The translations under genes were made by a program, and so were the position numbers. A stretch of 63,179 bases of DNA from an uncultured bacterium (GTDB lineage: Bacteria > Oederibacteriota > JAAXVQ01 > JAUVAV01), in contig CBDUZI010000003.1 in NCBI GenBank assembly GCA_965371665.1, forward strand, positions 1 to 63,179. The letters are read 5' to 3'. The notes beneath the pieces are model-generated. The model had not been told where the DNA came from. It saw only the letters and a list, made by a program, of their open reading frames with translations, and did no database searches. Position 1 is the first letter of the stretch; every line of letters starts with the position of its first letter. Positions 18,078 through 27,519 of this stretch are shown one piece after another.

Positions 18078-18917
18078 TTATTTTTGGCAAACCGGACACC
18101 AATGCGTGCCGCGTTGCGCCACCACCGCTTTTTTAATTATACTACCGCACCGGCCGCATTGCTTACCCGCGCGGCCATAAACTTTAAGCATATTTTGAAA
18201 ACCACCCTGGTTATTATCCGGATCCCGATAATCCGATATACTGGTGCCGCAATATTTTATGGACTTTTGGAGAACATGTCTAATCGCCCGATAAAGATTC
18301 CGGGCCTGCCTCAGAGTTATTCTCTTTCCCGGAAGACACGGAGATATCCTGGCGGCATGGCAAGCTTCATCAACATATATATTACCTAAACCGGCCAGTA
18401 CTTTTTGATTTAGTAAAACCGCTTTCAAAACAGTGCTTCTCCGCTTTATACTTTGATAAAGATAATCTGATTTAAATTGTTTTTCTAAAGGTTCGGGACC
18501 GAGGTCTTTAAAATAATCGTACTCTTTATGATTTTCCAAAAACCTTACCCGGCCAAATTGCCGGATGTCTCTGAAATACAGGAAGATTTTACCGCTTAAT
18601 ATCAATTGGAGGTGCGTATGTTTATCCGGCAGCTTAAAAGGGTTTGTATTTTCCCTCTCCTTTGCTGACATAACAAATATCTGGCCGCTCATACCAAGAT
18701 GAAAAACCAATAATCCTTGATTTAACCTCAATATCAAATATTTGGCCCGCCGATCCACTGCCAGGATTTTAGTATTAATCACCCCTCGTTTAATTTTCAC
18801 GGCCTTTTGGCCCCTCAGCAATTTAGGCTTAGTCAGCTTAAAATCCAGGATTTTTCTTCCCGAAATACGTCGGTTTAATGATTTTCGTATGGTTTCAACT
18901 TCCGGCAACTCCGGCAT
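18078..18917 (-). CDS. mutM: Formamidopyrimidine-DNA glycosylase
   Basis: Start set at 'MPELPEVETIRKSL' (catalytic Pro2/Glu3). C-terminal zinc finger 'CGRCGS...WCPVCQ'. Confidence 0.9.
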   Translation of the reverse strand: MPELPEVETIRKSLNRRISGRKILDFKLTKPKLLRGQKAVKIKRGVINTKILAVDRRAKYLILRLNQGLLVFHLGMSGQIFVMSAKERENTNPFKLPDKHTHLQLILSGKIFLYFRDIRQFGRVRFLENHKEYDYFKDLGPEPLEKQFKSDYLYQSIKRRSTVLKAVLLNQKVLAGLGNIYVDEACHAARISPCLPGKRITLRQARNLYRAIRHVLQKSIKYCGTSISDYRDPDNNQGGFQNMLKVYGRAGKQCGRCGSIIKKAVVAQRGTHWCPVCQK

Positions 18918-19006
18918 CACGCATCTCTTCCGCAAATCGCCGCGTAACCAGCGTCAGCCCGCCGGTTGATTATTTCATGCCCTGCGCTCACGCCTGCCCT
19001 CCCACT

Positions 19007-20056
19007 TTAAAAACACCGCTGTTTATGGTTTTTTTTGCAATCTCCTCCGCAGCGGTAACAAACCTCGTTTTTTAAATAACCGCCCGTGAAATATTCCCGA
19101 ATATTCTCCATCGTGGTCTGGGCAATGTTGGTCATGGCTTCCCGCGTAAAAAACCCCTGGTGCGATGTAATCAACACATTCGGAAAAGTTAAAAGCCGGG
19201 CCAGCACATCATCATTTATCATATAAGACGAAAAATCCTCAAAAAAATACCCGCTCTCCTCCTCATAAACATCCAGACCCGCGGCCCCAATTTTTCGGCT
19301 CTTCAAACCATTGATCAGAGCCTCGGTTTTTATCAGCTTCCCCCGGCCGGCATTGATAATCATGACCCCGTCCTTCATCTTGGCTATGCTCTCTACATTA
19401 ATGATATACTGCGTTTCGGGAGTTAAGGGACAATTCAGGGATATTATGTCTGAGTGCCGGAAAATTTCGTCCTGACTTACAAAACGAATACCTTTTTCCC
19501 GGGCATAGGTTTCATCCGGCTTTTTGTCAAAAGCCAGGATGTTCATGCCGAATCCTTTTAGAATATCGATCAGGCAGCGCCCAATCCTTCCCGTGCCGAA
19601 AATACCGGCGGTCTTTCCGTGCATATCGAAGCCCAGCAATCCATTCAGGGAAAAATTTCCATCCCGCGTTCGGGAATATGCTTTATGAATTTTCCGGTTC
19701 AGGCTCAACATAAGCGCCACCGCATGCTCGGCCACGGCATAAGGCGAATATACCGGCACACACACCACGTGAAGATTATTATAAGCGGCTTTTAAATCCA
19801 CGTTGTTATATCCCGCGCTGCGCAAGGCGATTAATTTAATACCCTCCCGCTTTAGCTGGGCAATGGTCGCTTGGTCAATAACATCATTCACAAAACCGCA
19901 TACTACGTCATGTCCCGCCGCCAGATGCGCGGTATCATGATTAAGATGCCCGTTAAAATATTTTATGGCATAACCAAATTGGCGGTTGGTTTGATCAAAA
20001 AATTCCTGATCATACGGCTTGGCATCAAAAAAAAATATTTTTTTAGAATTTGCCAT
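19007..20056 (-). CDS. ldhA: D-isomer-specific 2-hydroxyacid (D-lactate) dehydrogenase
   Basis: 'GIFGTGRIGR' NAD-binding motif. 'KIFFFDAKPYD' N-terminus is typical of LdhA. Start set at MANSKK; 20062 is also possible. Confidence 0.8.
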   Translation of the reverse strand: MANSKKIFFFDAKPYDQEFFDQTNRQFGYAIKYFNGHLNHDTAHLAAGHDVVCGFVNDVIDQATIAQLKREGIKLIALRSAGYNNVDLKAAYNNLHVVCVPVYSPYAVAEHAVALMLSLNRKIHKAYSRTRDGNFSLNGLLGFDMHGKTAGIFGTGRIGRCLIDILKGFGMNILAFDKKPDETYAREKGIRFVSQDEIFRHSDIISLNCPLTPETQYIINVESIAKMKDGVMIINAGRGKLIKTEALINGLKSRKIGAAGLDVYEEESGYFFEDFSSYMINDDVLARLLTFPNVLITSHQGFFTREAMTNIAQTTMENIREYFTGGYLKNEVCYRCGGDCKKNHKQRCF

Positions 20057-20282
20057 AATCATCACACCCTTAGTTTGCGAATAATTCCGTCCCGTTTTCG
20101 AACTCACCCATCCCGGCAAGCCGTAGTTTGACTATATCATAAAACTCTTCCGCCGCAGGGGGGGGATTTCATGTTTTAATTTAACCTCGCCTCTGCCCTG
20201 AACCAAATGGTTCAGGGCCTGACTCTTTCTCGTAATCAATATCTAATGGAGAAAGGCAATTTTGGGCAAACACACCCCATTT

Positions 20283-20368
20283 CGTCACCCCGGCGAAAGC
20301 CGGAGTCCAGGCCCAAAGTTTACTTATAAAGTCGCTGGATTCCGGCTAAAACCATACCGGAATGACGG
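20283..20368. repeat. Family-1 element
   Basis: 'cgtcaccccggcgaaagccggagtccagg ... ctggattccggctaaaaccataccggaatgacgg'. Confidence 0.75.
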
Positions 20369-20558
20369 ACACTTGGAAACTTAGCGGTTGGCTCAGGTTA
20401 CTTGAATTTGTCGTTTCCGCACCAGAAACTTATTTCAACTCGTTATTATAGATAATAATTCAGGTTTGTTCAAGATTTGTATCCGATTTTGAATCTTTAC
20501 TTTCCGCCCGGATAATGTACAATATGCCCGGATTATCTTTCAAGGAGGATCAAAGCGT

Positions 20559-21422
20559 ATGCGCTTGCAATATATAATTTCAATCCTACTGGTCATGATT
20601 TGCTTGGCTGGCTGCGCCGGAACCCCGGCCCGCCCAGGTGATCAACTTCCCAAAGTGGCCCTGTTGCTGGGCGGGGGCGGGGCGCGCGGATTTGCGCACG
20701 TGGGCGTGATCCGGGAGCTCGAGAGCGCCCAGATTCCGATAGACCTGATCGTGGGCGTCAGCGTGGGCAGCTTGATCGGTGCGCTTTACGCGGATACTGC
20801 GGATTCATTCAAACTCGAGTGGAAGGCCTTTCAAATCCAGAAGAAAGACATCTTCGATTACAAGCTTTTCAATCTTAAGGACGGCCTGGCCAAGGGTGAT
20901 GCGATTAAAGCCTACATTGATAATAATCTCGAGACCAAATATCTTGAAAACATGAAAATCCCGCTGGCCATTGTGGCCGTAGATTTAAACAGTGGCTTGC
21001 CGGTTGTTTTCAAAACCGGTCCCATAAAAGATGCCGTGCGGGCCAGCACGGCCGTTCCGGGCATTTTCATGCCCATGCCCTTTGAGGGCAAGTTCCTGGT
21101 TGACGGCGGGGTCGTGGGCAACTTGGCTCCGCAGGTCGCCAAGGACCTGGGAGCGAGTGTGATTATCGGGGTTAATATTGCCAAGCCCCGTTCCAATCTC
21201 TCCGGCGGCATGCCTAATGTGCTTACCGTAATCATGGAAGCCATTAATATTATGGGTGATGAAATTGTTCGTCTGCGAAAAAATGATATTGATATTTTAA
21301 TTGAGCCCCAGGTCGGAAATATCGGCATTACCGATTTCAGCAAAAAACGCGAACTAATCGAGGCCGGGCGCCAGGCCGCGATAAAAGCCCTTCCGAAAAT
21401 CAAGCAGGTTCTGGGTTTATAA
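20559..21422 (+). CDS. Patatin-like phospholipase, lipoprotein-type signal
   Basis: GGAGGA RBS. 'LAGCAG' lipobox. 'GGGGARGFAHVGV' oxyanion motif, 'GVSVGS' (GxSxG) and 'VDGG' catalytic Asp. Confidence 0.85.
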   Translation: MRLQYIISILLVMICLAGCAGTPARPGDQLPKVALLLGGGGARGFAHVGVIRELESAQIPIDLIVGVSVGSLIGALYADTADSFKLEWKAFQIQKKDIFDYKLFNLKDGLAKGDAIKAYIDNNLETKYLENMKIPLAIVAVDLNSGLPVVFKTGPIKDAVRASTAVPGIFMPMPFEGKFLVDGGVVGNLAPQVAKDLGASVIIGVNIAKPRSNLSGGMPNVLTVIMEAINIMGDEIVRLRKNDIDILIEPQVGNIGITDFSKKRELIEAGRQAAIKALPKIKQVLGL

Positions 21423-22847
21423 GGTTATAAGGTTAAGCGACTTGAGGCGGCCCAGGGCCCGGCGGGCCGGAGCAATATTATATAAGGACCCGGCTACCAG
21501 AACCGTTCCCCGTATGCCGGCAGCCTGTACGGCCTTTTGCAGGGCTAACCGGAAGCTGCGTTGCGGTTCGGCTTTTACTCCTGCTGCCTGGAAACACTCT
21601 GCCAGTTCCTTGGCCGGCAAGGCACGCGGATCCGGCGGCGCAACTGTCCACACAGTTTTGGCTGCTTTGACAAATTCCCGGCACATGCCTTTTACGTCTT
21701 TGTCCCGGACTATGCCTGCCACTAGATAAACTTTTTCTGAACGGGAATGCCATTCCCGGATAAGCGCACGTACGGCTGCGGGATTATGTGCACCATCTAA
21801 ATATATTTTTGGCTTTTGGCTGACAATTTCCATGCGGCCGGGCCAGCGCGCGCATTTAAATCCTTGGCAGATGTCTTCTCCGGATATCTGATAACCCGCC
21901 TTTTGTAAATTATGCATTGCCAGGAATGCCAGCGCCGCGTTTAAAACCTGGAATTCACCCTGCCAGGGTATATGAATTTTAAATGAATTCTCCCCGCAAC
22001 AAGTTGCGGGGTATCTGACCGGATTGATTATTTGTAAAATCCCCCTAACCCCCTTTTCCAAAGGGGGCACTCTATGCGGGGAATTACAAGTTAAATCCCG
22101 TTGTTTCACGATTAATTCTATTTGCAACCCTTTTGGGGTTCTTTTCCAGGCCTTAACCTGCACCGCATCTTTGGAATTCATGCCGGCAAATTCTATCGGA
22201 AAGATCCTTTCGCGGGCTTGTGCCCGCATCAGGCCGCGGATTCCGGGATGCGCTTCGGCGCTAAGCAGTGGCACGCCTTTCCGGGCTATGGCGATTTTTT
22301 CCCCACAAATAGCGCTCAAACTGTTTCCCAGTTCCCGGGTATGTTCCAAACCTATATTAGTCAGGATAGAGAGTATAACGCGCTTCCCGGCTGAAGTGGC
22401 ATCCAGGCGGCCGCCCATGCCGGCTTCTACCAGGGCCAAATCTATTCCGTCCTGCCGGAAAACCTCGGCTGCCAAGACTGTCCAGGCCTCGAAGGTGGTG
22501 GCCGGAGTTCCGGCTTGTTGCAGGGCTTTTAGTCCCGGTAATAATTTCTGACCCGCCGCGGCAAAAGCGCGCTGAGAGACTTTTTTTCCATTCAGGGTTA
22601 TGCGTTCCCGTTCATCCTGAAGGTGGGGCGAGGTAAAGCAGCCCACCCTATAGCCGGACTGGGTTAAAACCGCGCTCAGCAGGGCCGCGACCGAGCCTTT
22701 GCCATTAGTGCCGGTAATCTGCACCGCCGGATAGGCGGCGTCAGGATGGCCGAGATATGCCAGAAGCTTGCGCGTTCTGGCCAGGCCGGGAAGAACCGCG
22801 CGGATGGTTAGTTGATGCAGCGCTGCCCGGACGCGGGCATAGTTCAT
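21417..22847 (-). CDS. folC: Folylpolyglutamate synthase / dihydrofolate synthase, carrying an in-frame repeat-element insertion
   Basis: 'VQITGTNGKGSV' P-loop and 'GEFQVLNAALA' motif. A 4-nt overlap with accD matches the classical accD-folC pair. Residues LTCNSPHRVPPLEKGVRGILQIINPVRYPATCCGENS are encoded by a dispersed repeat (21985-22090). Confidence 0.85.
   Translation of the reverse strand: MNYARVRAALHQLTIRAVLPGLARTRKLLAYLGHPDAAYPAVQITGTNGKGSVAALLSAVLTQSGYRVGCFTSPHLQDERERITLNGKKVSQRAFAAAGQKLLPGLKALQQAGTPATTFEAWTVLAAEVFRQDGIDLALVEAGMGGRLDATSAGKRVILSILTNIGLEHTRELGNSLSAICGEKIAIARKGVPLLSAEAHPGIRGLMRAQARERIFPIEFAGMNSKDAVQVKAWKRTPKGLQIELIVKQRDLTCNSPHRVPPLEKGVRGILQIINPVRYPATCCGENSFKIHIPWQGEFQVLNAALAFLAMHNLQKAGYQISGEDICQGFKCARWPGRMEIVSQKPKIYLDGAHNPAAVRALIREWHSRSEKVYLVAGIVRDKDVKGMCREFVKAAKTVWTVAPPDPRALPAKELAECFQAAGVKAEPQRSFRLALQKAVQAAGIRGTVLVAGSLYNIAPARRALGRLKSLNLITL
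21985..22090. repeat. Family-2b element inserted in frame in folC
   Basis: 'gaattctccccgc...aaaatccccctaacccccttttccaaaggggg...gcggggaattacaag'. Same termini and core as 8847-8938. Confidence 0.8.
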
Positions 22848-23689
22848 GGGCAGGAAATAGGCAGGAGCCGGGCAATAGTGTTCTTTAACTCTTGGCGCTT
22901 AACTATCATATCCAGCATGCCGTGCTCCAGGAGAAATTCGGCGCGTTGGAAGCGTTTGGGCAAATGCTGCCGGATGGTCTGCTCAATCACCCGGGGGCCG
23001 GCAAACATAATCAGGGCATTCGGCTCGGCCATTATGATATCTCCCAGCATGGCAAAACTGGCGGTTACTCCGCCGCCCGTGGGATTTGTCAGCACTGAGA
23101 TATAGAGCAACTTGGCCGCGGCCAGGCGCCCCAGGGCGGCCGCGGTCTTGGCCATCTGCATTAAGGAGACAATCCCTTCCTGCATGCGGGCGCCTCCGCC
23201 CGAGGCCGAAACAATAACCACCGGCAGGCGTTCTTTAATCGCCCGCTCAATCAGGCGGGCAATTTCCTCGCCAATAACCGAGCCCATGGAACCTCCCATA
23301 AAATCAAAATCCGTTACGGCCAGGACGGTCCGTTTTCCGCCAATTGTGCAAATACCGGCCTGGATGGCATCCTGAAGTCCGGTTTTTTTTCTCCCTTTTT
23401 CAATTTTTTCCTGGTAGCCGGGAAATTCCAATGGATTAGCCGCCTTGATCCGGCCCGTGGTTTCCTCCAGCAGCACGCCGTTATCCGCCAGTAATTGTAT
23501 ACGCTCCCGCGCCGGCATATTAAAATGATGATTGCACTTGGGACAGGTTCGGAGAGCCTTCTCACTCTCCTTGTTAAACACAATTTCACTGCATCCCGGA
23601 CAGCGGGTAACCAGGTTATCCGGTATATCCGCCTTCTTTTTCGTAGATACCCGGACAGTGGTATATTTAGGCTTTTTAAACCAATCCAT
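22844..23689 (-). CDS. accD: Acetyl-CoA carboxylase carboxyltransferase beta subunit
   Basis: N-terminal zinc ribbon 'CPGCSE...CPKCNHH'. 'GGSMG', 'GGARMQEG'. Confidence 0.9.
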   Translation of the reverse strand: MDWFKKPKYTTVRVSTKKKADIPDNLVTRCPGCSEIVFNKESEKALRTCPKCNHHFNMPARERIQLLADNGVLLEETTGRIKAANPLEFPGYQEKIEKGRKKTGLQDAIQAGICTIGGKRTVLAVTDFDFMGGSMGSVIGEEIARLIERAIKERLPVVIVSASGGGARMQEGIVSLMQMAKTAAALGRLAAAKLLYISVLTNPTGGGVTASFAMLGDIIMAEPNALIMFAGPRVIEQTIRQHLPKRFQRAEFLLEHGMLDMIVKRQELKNTIARLLPISCP

Positions 23690-23706
23690 TTATTACTTCC
23701 TTGTTT

Positions 23707-23853
23707 GTAACTACTCAGGTACCCCACCAATTAAGGAAATACGAGATGTTGTTTTAAGGCCGTCACCCCGGCGAAAGCCGGGGTCTAGATGAATCTGCCT
23801 TATAAAATCTTCTGGATTCCGGCTTTCGCCGGAATGACGACCTGAGTAGTTAC
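23707..23853. repeat. Family-1 MITE-like element with 14-bp TIRs
   Basis: TIRs 'gtaactactcaggt' (23707-23720) and 'acctgagtagttac' (23840-23853). Core 'cgtcaccccggcgaaagccgggg...ggattccggctttcgccggaatgacg'. Confidence 0.8.
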
Positions 23854-23882
23854 CCTTGTTTATTAATAAATTAATAATACTT

Positions 23883-24062
23883 GGAGCCTGAACATTTAGT
23901 CTGTTTTTGGTATTGTTCGTCACCCCGGTGAAAACCGGGGTCCAGAAAAGGCTTTAAAATTCAGATTCCTGGATACCGGCCTGTCCTGGATGGTTTAGTC
24001 CAGGGCTTCCGCCGGTATGACGGCAAAACAACAAATAAACAGACTAAATGCTCAAGCTTCCA
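23883..24062. repeat. Family-1 MITE-like element (long variant) with ~24-bp TIRs
   Basis: TIRs 'ggagcctgaacatttagtctgttt' and 'aaacagactaaatgctcaagcttcc'. Core includes 'cctggataccggcctgtcctggatggtttagtccagggcttccgccggtatgacgg'. Confidence 0.75.
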
Positions 24063-24083
24063 GCTCAATCAAAATATTTTACA

Positions 24084-24911
24084 TCATTTTAATGGTTTTT
24101 CCATACCTTTTTTACCCTTTACCGCCTTCGCTATCTCTTCCGCAAGATGACGCAAGCGGCGCAATGCGTCCTGGTCCGTGCTCCCCTGCTCCATCTCCCG
24201 GATTAAAGCGCTTCCCACAATTACTCCGTCCGCTATGCCAACTACGTCCGCTGCCTGTCGGGGAGTTGAAATTCCAAATCCCACCAGTATTGGCAAGGAG
24301 GAATATCTGCGTATCCGGGTCACGCCGGCCCGCACATCAGCGGGCAGTTTATCGCGCAAACCCGTGGTTCCGGTAACTGATACATAATAAATGTATCCGG
24401 TGGAGCATCGAATTATGGTTTTCAGCCGGGCCGGTGTGCTGTTGGGCGTGGTTAAAAAAACCGTGTCCAGCTCTTTTTTCCGGCAGATACTTATCCAGTA
24501 TCCTGCCTCTTCCGGGATTAAGTCCGGAATTATATAACCATCCACTCCCGCGGCTTGGGCAAGAGACGCGTTGCTTGACATGTCCGGTTGCAGAAAAGGG
24601 TTCAAATAGCCCATGAGCAAGATAGGTATATCCGTTTCCCGGCGCAGGTTCCTGACCAAACTGATAATTCCCGGCAGATTGGTCCCCTGCTCCAGGGCCC
24701 GGTGGGAGGACCGCTGTATGACTTTACCGTCAGCCAGCGGGTCGGAAAACGGCACTCCCAGCTCCACCGCGTCCGCGCCGGCCCGGGCAAGAACCATGAT
24801 GGCCCGGCGAGTAAAGTCCAGCCCCCGGTCACCGGCCGTTATAAATGGGACAAAAAGCTTGCGGCCGGCAGCCAGTTCCTGTTTGAACCGGTTTCTAAGC
24901 CGGGCACTCAT
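24084..24911 (-). CDS. trpA: Tryptophan synthase alpha chain
   Basis: '[13 protein letters not shown]', 'GFGIS'. 4-nt overlap with trpB. Confidence 0.9.
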   Translation of the reverse strand: MSARLRNRFKQELAAGRKLFVPFITAGDRGLDFTRRAIMVLARAGADAVELGVPFSDPLADGKVIQRSSHRALEQGTNLPGIISLVRNLRRETDIPILLMGYLNPFLQPDMSSNASLAQAAGVDGYIIPDLIPEEAGYWISICRKKELDTVFLTTPNSTPARLKTIIRCSTGYIYYVSVTGTTGLRDKLPADVRAGVTRIRRYSSLPILVGFGISTPRQAADVVGIADGVIVGSALIREMEQGSTDQDALRRLRHLAEEIAKAVKGKKGMEKPLK

Positions 24912-26080
24912 AAGGCATCCTCGGGCTTGAGGTCTTTATCTCCCCGTCCGGAAACATTAATAATGATATTCGCAGACGGGCCCAGTTTTTTGGCCAAATC
25001 TTTGGCATAAGCCACGGCATGCGCGCTCTCTGTGGCTGGAATAATGCCTTCCAGCCGGGCCATCTGCTTCTGGGCTGCCAGGGCTTGCTTATCTGTGACC
25101 GAGGTAAACTTGGCCCGGCCGCTGTCTTTTAAAAAAGCCAGTTGAGGTCCCACTCCCGGATAATCCAGGCCGGCGGCCACGGAATGCGTCGTTAAAATCT
25201 GGCCGTATTGATCCTGCATTACATAACTCCGGCTGCCATGCAGAACTCCGACCCGGCCGCGCTGCAGGGGCGCGGCATGGCGTCCGGTTGAGAGTCCCTG
25301 CCCTCCAGCCTCCACGCCGTAAAGACGTACCTTTTCATCGTGAAGAAACGCGGAAAAAATTCCTATGGCATTACTCCCGCCGCCCACGCAGGCTATGATG
25401 GCGTTCGGTAGCCGGTGAATCCGCTTCAATATCTGCTGACGGGCTTCCTTTCCAATAATAGACTGAAATTCCCGGACCAGGGTGGGATAAGGGTCAAAAC
25501 CCGCTACGCTTCCCAAAAGGTAATAAGTATTACTTACATTGGTAATCCAGTCCCGGATAGCCTCATTCATGGCGTCTTTCAGAGTACGCGTCCCGGAATC
25601 CACCGGAGCGACTTGCGCTCCCAGCAGGCGCATACGGTAGACATTCAGCGCCTGGCGCTGCATATCCTCGGTTCCCATATAAACCCGGCAGGGAAGGCCG
25701 AAACGGGCGCAGACCGTGGCTGCGGCCACGCCGTGCTGACCGGCCCCGGTCTCGGCAATGATGCGCTGCTTTTTCATGCGCCGGGCCAGGAGTACTTGTC
25801 CCAGGCAATTATTAAGTTTATGCGAGCCGGTGTGGTTTAGATCCTCGCGTTTTAAAAATACCCTGGCTCCGCCCCAGGCCCGGGTAAGGCGCCCGGCTAA
25901 ATCCAGGGGCGTAGGACGGCCGGCGTAATTCCGGTATAACTCGCTAAGCTCACGCTTAAAATCGGGGTCGCGCCGGGCCTGATGGAAAGCCTGGTTAAGC
26001 TCTTCCACGGCCGGCATTAATACCTCGGGCGCATAGCATCCGCCGTAGTCGCCAAACCATCCTTTGCGTGATGATGTCAT
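24908..26080 (-). CDS. trpB: Tryptophan synthase beta chain
   Basis: '[11 protein letters not shown]' PLP-lysine motif, 'GGGSNAIG'. Confidence 0.92.
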   Translation of the reverse strand: MTSSRKGWFGDYGGCYAPEVLMPAVEELNQAFHQARRDPDFKRELSELYRNYAGRPTPLDLAGRLTRAWGGARVFLKREDLNHTGSHKLNNCLGQVLLARRMKKQRIIAETGAGQHGVAAATVCARFGLPCRVYMGTEDMQRQALNVYRMRLLGAQVAPVDSGTRTLKDAMNEAIRDWITNVSNTYYLLGSVAGFDPYPTLVREFQSIIGKEARQQILKRIHRLPNAIIACVGGGSNAIGIFSAFLHDEKVRLYGVEAGGQGLSTGRHAAPLQRGRVGVLHGSRSYVMQDQYGQILTTHSVAAGLDYPGVGPQLAFLKDSGRAKFTSVTDKQALAAQKQMARLEGIIPATESAHAVAYAKDLAKKLGPSANIIINVSGRGDKDLKPEDAL

Positions 26081-26082
26081 CT

Positions 26083-26709
26083 TTAACCTCTTCCCGCTTC
26101 GCGCACAGCCTTTACAAAAGCCCGCATCCTCGCCGCGCTCTTAATCCCAGGCCGGATTTCCACGCCCGAGGAGACATCCACCATATCCGGCTTAACCGCG
26201 CGAATAGCCCGGCTGACATTGTCCGGATTGAGTCCTCCGGACAGGATAACAGGCTTGCCAAAACGTCGTAAGCCGCGGGCATATTTCCAGTTGGATAAAA
26301 TCCCGGTTCCGCCGCTGGTTCCCGGAACGCAGGCATCCACTAGAAAAGCCGCTGCCGCGGGTTCCGGATCCTGCCGGGCCAAGGCCCGGTCCGCAGAAGG
26401 GCGAAGGGCGCGGATCACGCGGCTGAAAGAAAAACGACGCAAAACGGTTTTTTTCTCTGAACCGTGAAATTGCAGCCGGTCCAGTCCCATAGTATCCATA
26501 ATCCGGCCTATCCAATCCGGATCCTGATCAACAAAAACCCCTATTCGTACAATATGGGGAGGGAGGGCAGCTATAATAGCTTTGGCCTGCCCTGGCAATA
26601 CCCGGCGGGGAGAAGGCGCAAATACCAGGCCAATAGCATCAGCGCCGGCCGCGGCTGCGGCCCGGGCGTCCTCCGGGCGCGTCAAGCCGCAGATTTTAAT
26701 TCCTGTCAA
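26083..26709 (-). CDS. trpF: Phosphoribosylanthranilate isomerase
   Basis: '[12 protein letters not shown]', 'LQFHGSE', '[11 protein letters not shown]'. Confidence 0.85.
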   Translation of the reverse strand: MTGIKICGLTRPEDARAAAAAGADAIGLVFAPSPRRVLPGQAKAIIAALPPHIVRIGVFVDQDPDWIGRIMDTMGLDRLQFHGSEKKTVLRRFSFSRVIRALRPSADRALARQDPEPAAAAFLVDACVPGTSGGTGILSNWKYARGLRRFGKPVILSGGLNPDNVSRAIRAVKPDMVDVSSGVEIRPGIKSAARMRAFVKAVREAGRG

Positions 26710-27503
26710 AGTTTTTCCGCTTTTTCCCGGATTTCCCGAATAAAAATCTCGGGCTGCTTATGGCTGATTAATGCCCGTCCCATCAATACGGCACGTACCC
26801 GGTCCGAGCCAATATCCGCCACTTCCTCTGCTGATGTATATCCGCTGGCCGCTATAATCATAATATCCCGCGGAGCCATCTTGGCCAGCCGTTCTACGGT
26901 TTGCATATTAATTTTAAGCGTGTTCAAATCCCGGTTATTGATTAAAATAACGTCAGCCCCGGCGCGCAGGACTCGCTTCATATCCAGAGCATTATGCACT
27001 TCTACTACCGGCGTCATTCCCATACCGACAGTCACTTCTATCATGCGGGGAAGTTCCTTTTTATTAAAAATTTCCGCAATGAGAAGCAAGGCGTCCGCCT
27101 GAGCCGCCCGGGATTCGTATATCTGATACATATCAACAATAAAATCCTTGCGCAGAACCGGCAAGCCGGCAAGCTTTTTGACCTCGGCAATTTGGGTCAA
27201 TTTCCCCCCGAAATGCTTTTCATCCGTTACCAGCGAAATCGCCACGGCTCCGCCTTGTTCATACGCCTTGATTATTTTGGGAAGCTGAATGCGGGGCTTC
27301 CAGGCCGAAGAACCGGGAACCTTTTTCTTAACCTCACCAATCACGCTGATGCGTTGGGCATGGTAAAGCGCTTCCCGAAAATTCCTGACCGGCGGCAGGG
27401 TAAGCATGGTATGGAGCAGCTTCTCCAGGGAAGTCCGCTTTTTAGCCCTTTCCACTTCCAGCTGTTTTTCTTTTACTACTCGTTTTAAAAATGAGCCCGC
27501 CAT
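26706..27503 (-). CDS. trpC: Indole-3-glycerol-phosphate synthase
   Basis: 'VIGEVKKKVPGSS', 'LRKDFIVD', 'INNRDLNT'. 4-nt overlap with trpF. Confidence 0.85.
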   Translation of the reverse strand: MAGSFLKRVVKEKQLEVERAKKRTSLEKLLHTMLTLPPVRNFREALYHAQRISVIGEVKKKVPGSSAWKPRIQLPKIIKAYEQGGAVAISLVTDEKHFGGKLTQIAEVKKLAGLPVLRKDFIVDMYQIYESRAAQADALLLIAEIFNKKELPRMIEVTVGMGMTPVVEVHNALDMKRVLRAGADVILINNRDLNTLKINMQTVERLAKMAPRDIMIIAASGYTSAEEVADIGSDRVRAVLMGRALISHKQPEIFIREIREKAEKL

Positions 27504-27519
27504 GAAGTTTTCCCCCTCT

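Noticed and set aside
20195-20218. Perfect 10-bp stem / 4-nt loop hairpin 'gccctgaacc-aaat-ggttcagggc' as a terminator.
   Set aside because: It lies in a divergent promoter region upstream of both ldhA and the patatin gene, and no T-tract follows on either strand. It may be another small palindromic repeat, but only this single copy was seen.
27504-27519. Possible trp leader, attenuator or T-box upstream of trpC.
   Set aside because: Only 16 nt separate trpC from the preceding gene, which leaves no room for a leader peptide or riboswitch.
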